A stretch of 64,000 bases of DNA from Alphaproteobacteria bacterium (GTDB taxonomy: Bacteria; Pseudomonadota; Alphaproteobacteria; UBA828): positions 128,001 to 192,000 of the forward strand of contig CBDCCI010000002.1 in NCBI GenBank assembly GCA_965214705.1, read 5' to 3'. Positions 37,372 to 46,960 of the stretch are shown one piece after another (positions within the stretch are counted from its first letter, which is position 1; every line of letters starts with the position of its first letter). Below the pieces are notes generated by a model. The model did not search any database. It was not told the origin of the DNA and saw nothing but the letters and a program-made list of their open reading frames with translations. Both the position numbers and the translations under genes were made by a program.

Positions 37372-38873
37372 GAGCCACTTGCAAAACTCCCAGGCGCGGT
37401 CTGCTTTTCCCGAGAGCCCGGCGTGAGGACATTGACGGTCGGAACGTAACATGAACTTCGGGACGAGCGGACGTCGCTGGCTGCCGCCGGGGCGCCGATT
37501 CGCCGCAAACCGATGCCCATGCGGGCGCATTTTGGACCCGCCGTCGCGATGCGGACATGGCTTTTTGCGCCTCCGCGGAGGGAGGCGTGCCGGCGTGACA
37601 GCGACGGAGGCGCCGCTCAGGCCAGGAGGCGCATCAGCTGGTCGACCGTCAGCACCAGGATGCCGAACATCAGGTGGCAATGAACCTTGGCATGGCCGCG
37701 CACGCGGACATGGCGGCCCCCGCAGTTGTCCTTCAGCCCACCGTTGATGCGCTCGATGTTCGAGCGCTCGTTGTAGCGCTCGTCCGCCGGGTGGCGGTGA
37801 CCGACGCCTCTCTGCGCCCTGGCCTCGCGCGCCAGCTCCTCCTTGTACTCCTTGTCGCGAGGGTTGACGTCGATGATCGGGACGTGGCCCAGCAGGTAGC
37901 TGTGCCAGCCGATCTCGGGCGCGTCATAGGCTGAGTCCATGAGGTCGTACAGATTGGTGACGCGGTCGGCGGTCATACTCGCCAGCGGGATCGCGGCCTG
38001 GCTGTCGTGCAGCGAGGCGGACGTCAGGATGCAACTGATCGGAATGCCGCCATCGGCGGCGTCGATGTGCAGCTTGTAACCGATCCACGATGTGGTATGG
38101 CCCCTGGCGTTGCGCTTGGTGCCGACGTCGCAGGCTTTCGGCAGGTCGTCGAGCATCTGGGGCAAGCTCATCGTGAGCTGGCGTTTCACGCGGCGCTCCT
38201 CCTTGGGCCGCTCCTCGCCCTTGCGCGGGCGGCCGCGCTTGCGCTTCGGCTTCTCCGCCTTGGGCTTGGGCTGAGGCTTCTCGCGCGCCTCGATCGCCGT
38301 CGAGTCGCGCGAGACGTGCCCGACCAGATGGTCTCCGAGGGTCTGCTTGATCAGCGCCTCATGCACGCGAGCGGGCAACGCACTCTCGGAGAACTCCGCA
38401 AACGCCCGCGAAAACGTCGCCTCGCTCGGGATCTCTGCGGCATAGGTCCAGCCGCAGAGACGGCGTAGCGTCTTGTCGTTCTCAAGGCGCTCGATCAGGG
38501 CGCGCGTCGTGGGTACGTCGAACACCGCCTTGGCGATGAAGGCGCGGGCCAAGGCCGCCCGATCCTCGACCGGCCGACCGGGCAGGCCATGGAAATGGGG
38601 AAGGAAGCTCTCGACCCGCGCAAGCTCAAGCACGGTGACGAAGCGCCGGTACCTCTCGCCGAGCGGCCCGAGCTCCTCCTCAAGCCACGGGAAAAGATCC
38701 GCTTGAATGTGATGCCAGAATCCGGATAGTGTCTGTCCCAGCGACATGGGGCCGCCCTCTCCGTCGACGTTGTCCGAAACCCGACAGGAACAGAGAGCGG
38801 TCCCGATTTCCAGGACAATCTGACCGCCACGGCGGCAAAATCCCGCTCAAATGCGGAATTTTGCAAGTGGCTC
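37372..38873 (-). mobile_element. Complete 1502-bp IS (IS5/IS1182-like DDE family) with TIRs and 4-bp TSD
   Basis: TIRs GAGCCACTTGCAAAACTCC / GGAATTTTGCAAGTGGCTC; AGAT at 37368-37371 and 38874-38877. Confidence 0.92.
37617..38747 (-). CDS. DDE transposase
   Basis: PSEATFSR, DSTAI, GYKLH, MDSAYD, YNERSNIERIN. Confidence 0.92.
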   Translation of the reverse strand: MSLGQTLSGFWHHIQADLFPWLEEELGPLGERYRRFVTVLELARVESFLPHFHGLPGRPVEDRAALARAFIAKAVFDVPTTRALIERLENDKTLRRLCGWTYAAEIPSEATFSRAFAEFSESALPARVHEALIKQTLGDHLVGHVSRDSTAIEAREKPQPKPKAEKPKRKRGRPRKGEERPKEERRVKRQLTMSLPQMLDDLPKACDVGTKRNARGHTTSWIGYKLHIDAADGGIPISCILTSASLHDSQAAIPLASMTADRVTNLYDLMDSAYDAPEIGWHSYLLGHVPIIDVNPRDKEYKEELAREARAQRGVGHRHPADERYNERSNIERINGGLKDNCGGRHVRVRGHAKVHCHLMFGILVLTVDQLMRLLA

Positions 38874-39077
38874 AGATCATATCGAGTTCTTCAGCACCTT
38901 GTCGTTTCCAATTTAAGGACGTGTGCCTAAAGGCTGTCAGCATCGCTCAATGCTCGCATCGTGAACGACGGATCGGTCCTCTCGGCCAGACGTCCGCTCA
39001 CAAGGTTGGTTGGACGGAGACGGGAGAACCTTGGTCAAGGCGATGGTCGGAACGATCTCAGGCGACAGCGAGGTTCA

Positions 39078-39139
39078 CCACGACATCGTGCTCGACGGCG
39101 GGCAAATATTGCCGGAGAGGCCGCTCGGCGCCTGAGCGC
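39078..39139 (+). repeat. Direct repeat copy 2: orphan duplicate of the SDR 3' end (HDIVLDGGQILPERPLGA*)
   Basis: Matches 35807-35868; all 5 differences are synonymous. Confidence 0.92.
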
Positions 39140-39170
39140 GGATCAGCGGGCGCTGCCCGGACCGCGCGGA

Positions 39171-39506
39171 TCAAAGCGCGGCGAGAGCGTCCTCCCTGGA
39201 AGGGTGGACCGGGATCAGCTGATCCATGCCGCTGAGCTTAATCACCTTCGCGATGGGTTTCGGCGGCGAGCACACCGCGAACCCCGCATCGCGCTTCTCG
39301 AGCTCGGACGCGGTCATGAAGACGACGCGAAGCCCCGCACTGCCGAGGTACTCGAGTTTTTCGAAGTCCATGACGACCGCCCGATCATCGTCCCCGGTCT
39401 CGGCTCTGACATCGCTCAGGAAGCCCGCGGCGCTAGCCGCTTCCAGCCGCCCGCTCGCGGAGACGAACAGCACACCGTCACGACGCTCGAATGTCACTTC
39501 CACCAC
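39171..39506 (-). CDS. STAS-domain anti-sigma-factor antagonist
   Basis: SGRLEA, VMDFEKLEYLGSAGLRV, KLSGMD. Confidence 0.88.
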   Translation of the reverse strand: MVEVTFERRDGVLFVSASGRLEAASAAGFLSDVRAETGDDDRAVVMDFEKLEYLGSAGLRVVFMTASELEKRDAGFAVCSPPKPIAKVIKLSGMDQLIPVHPSREDALAAL

Positions 39507-39766
39507 AGCTGCCCCCCTGTCCGGTCAGCGTTGAGCGCTATCCGTCCTCATAGCGCGAGACGCGCGGTCCGTCCAATTGTGTGCACCGATCTTCCTCTTG
39601 ACGTTATTCGATCTTCATCAGCGCACGTCCTCGGGCGCTTCTTCCGTTGCCGCGAGACGGCGCCCGCTGGCGCTCGTGCGCCGAGAGGAGCCGGGCGCCC
39701 CCCATTGACAGTCGCCGCCGATGGCCCGAGTCTCCGTCCGTTCGCAGCGGGCGGTGCGGGAGAACC

Positions 39767-40873
39767 ATGAGCAGGCCAGGTGGCATCGACTTTGCCTTCG
39801 TTGCGGCGCCTGTGGGCGAGGACGGGCTCTCCGACGCCGCGCTCTACAAGGAGATCCTGGCGGACTGCGACTTCGCCCACCGGGCCGGCTACCGGGCGGC
39901 CTGGATGATCGAGCATCATTTCTCGGACTACTTCCCGACCCCCAACCCGCTGGCCTTCCTCTCCCACATCGCCGCGCGCTTTCCGGATTTCGCGCTCGGC
40001 ACCTGCGTGCTGGTGACGCCCTGGTACGAGCCGCTGCGCCTGGCCGAGGAGATCGCGCAGCTCAACCTGCTCACCGACCGGCCGCTCCACATGGGGCTGG
40101 GCCGGGGCACGGCGAAGTACGAGTACGACGCCTTCGGCGTGCCGATGGAGGAGAGCCGGCAGCGCTTCCGCGAGGTCTGGGAGATCGTGAGCACCGCGCT
40201 CGCCGGCGGGCGCTTCCGCTACGAAGGCAAGTATCTGACCGTGCCGACCCGCGTCGAGCTGCGCCCGCGCTCGGACACGAGCAAGATCAACTTCTACGGC
40301 GCCGTCGGCGGCAGCCCCGATTCTGGGGCGGTGATGGCAGCGCTCGGTTTGCCGCCCATCATGACCGCCTTCAGCAACCTGCCGCTGCAGCGCGAGGCGC
40401 TCTCCGGCTGGAAGGAGGCGGCGCAGGCGCGCGGCATGGACGTGGACGCCTGCCGCTACCCGATGATGATCAACTGCATCATCGCCGACACCGACGACGA
40501 GGCCTACGACCTCGCCAAGCGCTACATCCCGCGCTTCCAACAAGCGCAGATCGACCACTACGAGGCCGATGACGGCCACTTCGAGACGCTGTCGACCTAC
40601 ACCGCCTGGGCCAAGATATTCGCCAAGATGAAGGCGCGCACCGATCCCGCCAACATCCCGCCTTGGGCCGACGGGCAGTTCGTGGGCTCGCCTGAGACGG
40701 TGCGCCAGCGCGTCGCGGATTACGTGGACGCGGGCTTCAACAGCTTTCTCATCCACACGGCGACGCCGGGTGTGCCGCGCCGTCACCGCCAGACCTGGCT
40801 CGGCCGCTTCGCCGACGAGGTGGCGCCCTACTTCGAGGGCGGCGAGGCCTTGCGCGCCGCCGCCGGCGCCTGA
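39767..40873 (+). CDS. LLM-class flavin-dependent oxidoreductase/monooxygenase
   Basis: WMIEHHF, PLRLAEE, GLGRG, VGSPETV. Confidence 0.88.
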   Translation: MSRPGGIDFAFVAAPVGEDGLSDAALYKEILADCDFAHRAGYRAAWMIEHHFSDYFPTPNPLAFLSHIAARFPDFALGTCVLVTPWYEPLRLAEEIAQLNLLTDRPLHMGLGRGTAKYEYDAFGVPMEESRQRFREVWEIVSTALAGGRFRYEGKYLTVPTRVELRPRSDTSKINFYGAVGGSPDSGAVMAALGLPPIMTAFSNLPLQREALSGWKEAAQARGMDVDACRYPMMINCIIADTDDEAYDLAKRYIPRFQQAQIDHYEADDGHFETLSTYTAWAKIFAKMKARTDPANIPPWADGQFVGSPETVRQRVADYVDAGFNSFLIHTATPGVPRRHRQTWLGRFADEVAPYFEGGEALRAAAGA

Positions 40874-40884
40874 CACCGGCATCG

Positions 40885-41826
40885 ATGCAACTCGATCCCG
40901 CGCTGGCGGAGATCCTCGCCTCGCTCGACCCGAGCGCCGAGACGCCGGTCGAGGAGATGGCGCCGGAAGACGCGCGCGCGACGTGGAAGGAGGAGTTGGC
41001 CGCCGTTGCCGGCAAGCCGCTGCCGGTCAAGTCCGTGAGCACGCACGAGGCGCTGGGGCCCGCCGGCCCGCTCGCGGTCAGGCTTTACGAGCCGGAGGGG
41101 GCGGGCGCCAGCACGGGCCCGCTGCCGATCCTCGTCTACTACCACGGCGGCGGCTGGATCCGCGGCGACCTCGACACCCACGACGACGTTTGCCGCTATC
41201 TCTGCCATCACGGGGGCTGCCTGGTGGCGTCCGTCGACTATCGCTTGGCGCCCGAGCATCGCTTCCCGGCAGCGCTCGAAGACTGCGACGCCGCGACCCA
41301 GTGGGTAGCAGAGCACGCTACGGAGTTCGGTGCCGACCCTGCGCGCCTCGCCATCGGCGGGGATAGCGCCGGCGGCAACATCGCCTGCGGGGTGACGCTC
41401 AAGGCGCGCGAACGCGGCGGGCCCGCGATCTGCTTCCAGCTCCTGATCTACCCCGCGACCGACCTCGCCGGGGAGACCGAGTCCAAACGGCTTTATTCCT
41501 CCGGCTACCTGCTCAACTCGATGCCTTTCTACGTAGGCAGCTACCTGGGGCCAGAGGGCGACGCGGCCGACCCGTTGGCCTCGCCGCTGCTGGCGCCGGA
41601 CCTCTCCAACCTGCCGCCCGCCTTCGTGCTCACCGCGGGTTTCGATCCACTACGGGACGAGGGCGAGGCCTACGCCAGGCGGCTTGAGGCGGCAGGGGTG
41701 CCCACCGAATACCGCTGCCACGAGAGCATGATCCACGGCTTCGTCTCGATCACGGGCCTGATCGAGACTGCCGAGGCGGGGCTCGCGGACTCGGCGGCGG
41801 CGCTCAGGGCCGCCTTCGACCGCTGA
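40885..41826 (+). CDS. Alpha/beta hydrolase, HSL-family esterase
   Basis: HGGGW, YRLAPEH, GDSAGG, DPLRDEG, HGF. Confidence 0.93.
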   Translation: MQLDPALAEILASLDPSAETPVEEMAPEDARATWKEELAAVAGKPLPVKSVSTHEALGPAGPLAVRLYEPEGAGASTGPLPILVYYHGGGWIRGDLDTHDDVCRYLCHHGGCLVASVDYRLAPEHRFPAALEDCDAATQWVAEHATEFGADPARLAIGGDSAGGNIACGVTLKARERGGPAICFQLLIYPATDLAGETESKRLYSSGYLLNSMPFYVGSYLGPEGDAADPLASPLLAPDLSNLPPAFVLTAGFDPLRDEGEAYARRLEAAGVPTEYRCHESMIHGFVSITGLIETAEAGLADSAAALRAAFDR

Positions 41827-41842
41827 GAGAGGGAGCAGCGCC

Positions 41843-42622
41843 ATGAGCGACGGCTTCGCTGGCAAGGCCTGTGTGATGACCGGCGCAGGTGGGGGCATGG
41901 GGCTTGCCATCGCCCGCGCTCTCCGCGCCGAGGGCTGCGCGGTCACCGCCATCGATCCCAAGCCTGAGCCGCCGGAGTTCGCGTCCGCCGAGGGCGCCGC
42001 CGGGCGCTACGTCCAGGGCGATGCCACCGACGGGGCGCTGGTCGCGCGCACCGTCGCCGGGGCTTTCGAGGCATCCGCGCGCCTCGACTATCTGGTCAAT
42101 GCCGCAGGCGTCGGCTGGTACGACCGGGACGGCTCCATCGCCGAGATGGAGATGGCGGTCTGGCACCGGGTGATGGAGATCAACCTCACCGCGTCCGCGC
42201 TGATGGCGCGCCATTCCGTGCCGCTGCTCCGGCGCACCGGCGCCGGCGGGTCGATGGTTCACATCGCGAGCGTGGTCGGCCTGCGCAACATGGAGAACAT
42301 CCTGGAGGGCGGGCCCATCGACGCCTACCAGGCGTCCAAAGCGGGCCTCACCGCCCTCTCGCGCTCGCTTTCCATGCAGCTCGGGCCCGACGGCATCCGT
42401 TCCAACACCATCTGCCCCGGCGCGGTGCTGACGCCGATGACCGCACCCACCTACGAGGCCGATCCCAGCCGCGCCGACGCCATGATCGCGCGCACGCCGC
42501 TCGGCCGCCTGGGGATGCCGGAGGACATCGCCCACGCCTGTCTCTTCCTGCTGTCGGACAAGGCGTCCTTCATCACCGGCATCGACCTCGTGGTCGACGG
42601 CGGCATCATGGCCAAGCTCTAG
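41843..42622 (+). CDS. SDR-family oxidoreductase
   Basis: TGAGGGMG, NAAG, YQASK, VDGG. Confidence 0.92.
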   Translation: MSDGFAGKACVMTGAGGGMGLAIARALRAEGCAVTAIDPKPEPPEFASAEGAAGRYVQGDATDGALVARTVAGAFEASARLDYLVNAAGVGWYDRDGSIAEMEMAVWHRVMEINLTASALMARHSVPLLRRTGAGGSMVHIASVVGLRNMENILEGGPIDAYQASKAGLTALSRSLSMQLGPDGIRSNTICPGAVLTPMTAPTYEADPSRADAMIARTPLGRLGMPEDIAHACLFLLSDKASFITGIDLVVDGGIMAKL

Positions 42623-42641
42623 CCCAGCCTTCTCGACAGGG

Positions 42642-43676
42642 TCAGGGGACGAGGGCTGCGAACAACACGCCGCTCAGGATTGCGCCGACGATGCCAAAGC
42701 CGACGTAGGCCACGAACACCTGCCGGCGCACCAGCGACCAGACCGCGACCATCGCCGGGATGCAGGTCACTGCGCCCGCGACCATGAACGCCATCGCGGC
42801 ACCCGGGCCCATGCCCTGCTCCATCAAGCCAGCGACCAGCGCAGGCGCGGCATAGCCGTTGATGTAGGCCGGCGCGCCCACCAGCGCACCCAGAGCAATC
42901 GGCGCCATCCAGTCCCCGCCGACGACGGCCGCGATCATGTCTGCCGGCACGTAAGTGATCAGCAGGGCTTCGATCAGGTAGGCCAGGGCGAGCCACTTGA
43001 CGAGGAATCGCGCGTTCGAGATGGCTTCGGCGCGGAATGCGGCCACGCGCGCCGGCTCGCGCCAGAAGCGCCACACCGTTTCGCCCTCCTCGGACCCGCT
43101 GGCACAGCAACCGCCGCCTGCGCCCCGGTGCATCGGTTCGGCGAAGGCGCCCCGCCATACGAGGAAGCGCACTCCGAAGCCGCCGAACAGGCCCAGCGCA
43201 ACGGCGGCAACCGCCTTGCCCACCGCGAAATCCCAGCCAAGCGCGGCGGCGGTGATGAGCATGGTGGACGGGTCGATGAGGGGCGAGGAGAGCCAGAACG
43301 CCATGATGGCCGAGAGCGGTACGCCGACCGCGAGCAGACCCGCGACGAGCGGAATGACCTCGCATGAACAGAACGGCGCGAGGCCGCCCAGCAGTGCGGC
43401 GAGCACGATCATGCGCGTCTCGCGGCCCTCGAAGGCACGGGAGACCAGTGTTGTGGCACCGGTCGCCTTGAGCAGCGCGATCAGCACGACCGCGCCGGCG
43501 ATGTAGGGCAGGGTTCCGGCGAACGCCTCGGCGGCGGTGCGAAGGATGTGCGTGACGTTCGGCGCATCCAGCAGCGCCACCGCGAGCGGGATGGCGAGGA
43601 CGAGGGTCCAGACGGAGAGCACGTCCCGCGCTCGCGCGCGCAGGCCGTCGACGCCGCGAAGAACGAGGGCGGTCAC
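42642..43676 (-). CDS. ArsP/DUF318-type permease
   Basis: PFCSC, SSPLIDP, hydrophobic; GTG start overlaps the arsR stop. Confidence 0.82.
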   Translation of the reverse strand: MTALVLRGVDGLRARARDVLSVWTLVLAIPLAVALLDAPNVTHILRTAAEAFAGTLPYIAGAVVLIALLKATGATTLVSRAFEGRETRMIVLAALLGGLAPFCSCEVIPLVAGLLAVGVPLSAIMAFWLSSPLIDPSTMLITAAALGWDFAVGKAVAAVALGLFGGFGVRFLVWRGAFAEPMHRGAGGGCCASGSEEGETVWRFWREPARVAAFRAEAISNARFLVKWLALAYLIEALLITYVPADMIAAVVGGDWMAPIALGALVGAPAYINGYAAPALVAGLMEQGMGPGAAMAFMVAGAVTCIPAMVAVWSLVRRQVFVAYVGFGIVGAILSGVLFAALVP

Positions 43677-44056
43677 GGCGACGGACTCCTGAGCGCCGCC
43701 CGCGCGGCACGGGCCTGGGGCGAGGGCTTGGCATCCGCGCAGCACGCCTCCAGCAAGAAGGCGGCGAGGGCTTCGAGGCGCCGATAGGCGGCCCGGTTGA
43801 TCACGGTGCGCCCGCGGCGTTCCTGTTCGACCAGCCCGCCGGCGGCGAGAAACCCGAGGTGATGGGCCAGGGTGGACGCCGGGATGGCGGTGCGCTCCTG
43901 GATCTCGCCGACGGCGAGCCCCTCGTCGCCTGCGCGCACCAGCAGGCGCAGCACCATGAGCCTGGGCTCGGAGCCGCAGGCGGCGAAGCCCTGCGCCGCC
44001 TCTTCGAGCGCGACGGCGGCTTGCGGCGGCCCGTGGGAGTGCTGCTTGGATTCCAT
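43673..44056 (-). CDS. ArsR/SmtB-family regulator with C-terminal CC
   Basis: EPRLMVLRLLV, STLAHHL, FLLEACC. Confidence 0.88.
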   Translation of the reverse strand: MESKQHSHGPPQAAVALEEAAQGFAACGSEPRLMVLRLLVRAGDEGLAVGEIQERTAIPASTLAHHLGFLAAGGLVEQERRGRTVINRAAYRRLEALAAFLLEACCADAKPSPQARAARAALRSPSP

Positions 44057-44091
44057 ATAACTAGTTTTATAGTTATTTCGTCGTATGTCAA
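44057..44091 (-). promoter_or_regulatory. arsR promoter/operator, probably leaderless
   Basis: Palindrome ATAACTA-N6-TAGTTAT (44057-44076) abutting the ATG; TTGACA at 44086-44091 on minus. Confidence 0.7.
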
Positions 44092-44130
44092 GGATCGTCC
44101 TTGGTGCGGGACCTGTGAAACGGAAACGCT

Positions 44131-44661
44131 CTAAGCGGCGAAGGTGCCGAAGGCGCCGCGGGAATAGAGCAGGGGTTCCTGGGCCGTATCGGTGCGCACC
44201 GCCTGCACGCGGCCAGTAAGCACAGTGTGGGTTTCGGCCCGGAGCGTCTGGCCAAGCAGGCAGTCGAAACTCGCGAGCGCGTCCATCAGCACCGGTGCGC
44301 CAGTCGCAAGCGTGCCCCAGTCCCCGGTGGTGAAGCGCTCGGGCACCCGCGCGGAGGACGAAAACTGCGCGGCCAGGTCGAGGTGCTGCGCGCCCAGCAC
44401 GTTCACGCAGAAGACCCGGCTCTGCAGCGTCGGATCATGCGCGCCCGCCTCACGGTTGACGCAGGCGAGAAGCAACGGGGGGTCGGCGCTCAGCGAGCAG
44501 ACTGCGGTGGCGGTGAGCCCGGTGCGCTGCTCGCCGATGGATGTGGTCACGATGGTGACTCCCGCCGCGAGCTGGCGCATGCCCTCCCTGAAGTCGTCGG
44601 AATCGACCGCCACGACCGGCGCGGCCAAGGTATCGAAATCGAAATCGTCAAGCAGCGACAT
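44131..44661 (-). CDS. Flavin reductase-like protein
   Basis: FREGMRQLAAGVTIVT, SLSADPP, TGAPVL, EPLLY.RG.F. Confidence 0.9.
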   Translation of the reverse strand: MSLLDDFDFDTLAAPVVAVDSDDFREGMRQLAAGVTIVTTSIGEQRTGLTATAVCSLSADPPLLLACVNREAGAHDPTLQSRVFCVNVLGAQHLDLAAQFSSSARVPERFTTGDWGTLATGAPVLMDALASFDCLLGQTLRAETHTVLTGRVQAVRTDTAQEPLLYSRGAFGTFAA

Positions 44662-44773
44662 AAAGCCCTCTCCCGGCGCGGCGCCAACTGTACCCAAGCG
44701 CCGCCCGCACATTATGAAGACCGCCGCTGCAGCGGTCCACGGCACGGCGAAATGGTCGTTTGGCCGGCCGATG

Positions 44774-45529
44774 TCAGTGGAAGTAGGCGCCGCCATCGAC
44801 GACCAGCGTTTGCCCCGTGACGAAGGCGGAGTCCTGCGACGCGAAGAAGATCACCGCGCCGACGATGTCGTCCGGATGCTGGTCGCGTTGGATGACCCGT
44901 GCCTGCCGCGAGATGTCCTGGAGCTTTTCCAGCTGGTGGGGATTTGCCAGCACGCCGTCGGACAGGGTGAATCCGGGCGCCACCGCGTTTACCCGGATGT
45001 CGGCGGCGCCGAGCTCCTTGGCCAGGGCCCTGGTCATCGCGTTGACGGCGCCCTTGCTCGCCACGTAGTGCAGCATGAAGGGAACGCCCTTGAACGGCGT
45101 CCCCGACGAGACGTTGATGATCGAGCCACCGCCCTGCCGACGCATGGCGGGGACGACCGCGCGGGTCGCCAGCGCCTGCCCGATGACGTTCACCTCGAGC
45201 ACGCGCCGCCATTCGCCGATGTCCAGGTCCTCGAAGGCCTTCAACTCCAGGTCGGCGTAGACCCCGGCGTTGTTGACCAGCACGTCGATGCGGCCGAATG
45301 CCTCCAGCGCAGTGTTCGCCATCGCCTCGGTGTCGCTCTGGCTCGACACGTCGCAGGAAACGCCGATGACGCTGTCCCCGGCGTTATCGAGTGCCTTCGC
45401 GGCCTCCGCAGCGCCGTCGCGGTCGGCGATAACCACGCTTGCCCCTTCCGCGAGGAGGCCCTGCACGAACGCGTGCCCGATCCCCATCGCCCCACCGGTG
45501 ACAATCGCGACCTTCCCGCTGCAACGCAT
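44774..45529 (-). CDS. SDR-family oxidoreductase
   Basis: TGGAMGIG, NNAG, YVASK, TGQTLVVDGG. Confidence 0.92.
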   Translation of the reverse strand: MRCSGKVAIVTGGAMGIGHAFVQGLLAEGASVVIADRDGAAEAAKALDNAGDSVIGVSCDVSSQSDTEAMANTALEAFGRIDVLVNNAGVYADLELKAFEDLDIGEWRRVLEVNVIGQALATRAVVPAMRRQGGGSIINVSSGTPFKGVPFMLHYVASKGAVNAMTRALAKELGAADIRVNAVAPGFTLSDGVLANPHQLEKLQDISRQARVIQRDQHPDDIVGAVIFFASQDSAFVTGQTLVVDGGAYFH

Positions 45530-45566
45530 CGCTGTGCTCCTTCCGCTTACTCGCAACTTCCGCCGA

Positions 45567-46232
45567 CTATGCCGAATCGAGTTCGATGGGTCTCTCCGCA
45601 AACACCCGATAGCGTTGCGACTTCGGCTTGTCCCTGTCCTCGTCGTTGACGTAGCGGATGGACGACGCGCCGAGCAACGATCGCGGCAGGACCATCGTTC
45701 GAATGAAGCGGCTGGGCACGTTCACCGACGCCTGCGCGAAGACGGGCTCCGGTCCGCTCTCGAACCAGGCGCCGCCGGGACCGTATGACGAGGACCGGCC
45801 TTCGGTATCGATCCGTATTTCCCCCTCTCGCAGGCATCGAATGCCGGGGCCTTGGTGCGTGTGCAGAAGAGCCGTCCCTCCGGGCGGGAACGCCACGCTA
45901 TCGAGCCGGATCAGAAGCTCCTCAGCGATCGCCGCCGGATCGATCCGGCCGGCAAGACGAAGACTGGTCCGACGGCCGCAGGTGTCACTCTCCGCATCGG
46001 ACGACCTGACCTCCCAACGCCAGACCGTGGCGCCGTCGCCGCCGGCGCGCATCGACGCCGCCTCCGTCAGGACGACTCCGTCATCCAGCGGCACGTCCTC
46101 TCCGTTCACGGCGATGCTACCGGCCGCAACGTAGAGAGTCTTCGGCGTGGGATCGTCGAATCGGACTACTTCGCCGCCGAACAAGGTGTCTTCAAACAGG
46201 CGAATCTCATACGGCATTATTTGTGGCTCCAT
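45567..46232 (-). CDS. Hypothetical cupin-like protein
   Basis: FPPGG.A.LHTHQGPGIRCL..G; stop lies just upstream of the SDR start. Confidence 0.7.
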   Translation of the reverse strand: MEPQIMPYEIRLFEDTLFGGEVVRFDDPTPKTLYVAAGSIAVNGEDVPLDDGVVLTEAASMRAGGDGATVWRWEVRSSDAESDTCGRRTSLRLAGRIDPAAIAEELLIRLDSVAFPPGGTALLHTHQGPGIRCLREGEIRIDTEGRSSSYGPGGAWFESGPEPVFAQASVNVPSRFIRTMVLPRSLLGASSIRYVNDEDRDKPKSQRYRVFAERPIELDSA

Positions 46233-46283
46233 GGACTTGTTCGAGACACTCAGGCGGCGCGTCCAGCCGAGGCCTGCACCGCA

Positions 46284-46928
46284 TCAGTAGGCGACCGGGA
46301 GCGGATCCAGGCTCCGCCACAGGTGCCAGACCGCCACCGAGCGCCAGGGCCGCCAGCACGCCGCATGGGCCTCGATCGCGTCGGGGTCCATCGAGCCGCC
46401 GTTGCCGTAGTGCTTGCCCATGGCCCGGCGCACCCCGATGTCGGCGAGCGGCAGCACGTCCGGCCGCTGCAGGTAGAAGATCAGCACCATCTCGGCGGTC
46501 CATCGGCCCACGCCCCTGAGCGCGAGCAGGTCGTCGATCACCGCCTCGTCGTCGGCGCCCTGCCAGCGCTTCGGGTCGATGGCGCCGGAGACGAAACCGA
46601 TGGCGATGTCGCGCAGGTAGCCCGACTTCTGGCGGGTGAGGCCGGCGCCGCGCAGCTCGTCTTGCGTGCGGGCCGCGACCTCGGGCGGCGCGACCGTGCC
46701 GACGCAGGCCTCGAGTCGCGCCCAGATGCTGTCGGCTGCGCGCACCGAAATCTGCTGGGCCACGATGGCGCGCGCGAGGGTGAGGAAGAGGTCGCCCTGG
46801 CCCACCAGGCCTTCGCCTTCGTAACGCGCGGCGAGCGAAGCCATCACCGGGTCGGCGGCGGCGAGCGCGGCCCGCGCCTCCTGCCAATACGCCGGCTGCC
46901 CCACCGGCCCGCTCGCCCATCGCGGCAT
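46284..46928 (-). CDS. alkA: DNA-3-methyladenine glycosylase II (AlkA family)
   Basis: IVAQQIS, GVGRWTAEM (HhH), RPDVLP.AD, W.PWRS.A. Confidence 0.9.
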   Translation of the reverse strand: MPRWASGPVGQPAYWQEARAALAAADPVMASLAARYEGEGLVGQGDLFLTLARAIVAQQISVRAADSIWARLEACVGTVAPPEVAARTQDELRGAGLTRQKSGYLRDIAIGFVSGAIDPKRWQGADDEAVIDDLLALRGVGRWTAEMVLIFYLQRPDVLPLADIGVRRAMGKHYGNGGSMDPDAIEAHAACWRPWRSVAVWHLWRSLDPLPVAY

Positions 46929-46960
46929 TGCGCTCGTTCTCCTTGTTCGAACAGTCTGGC

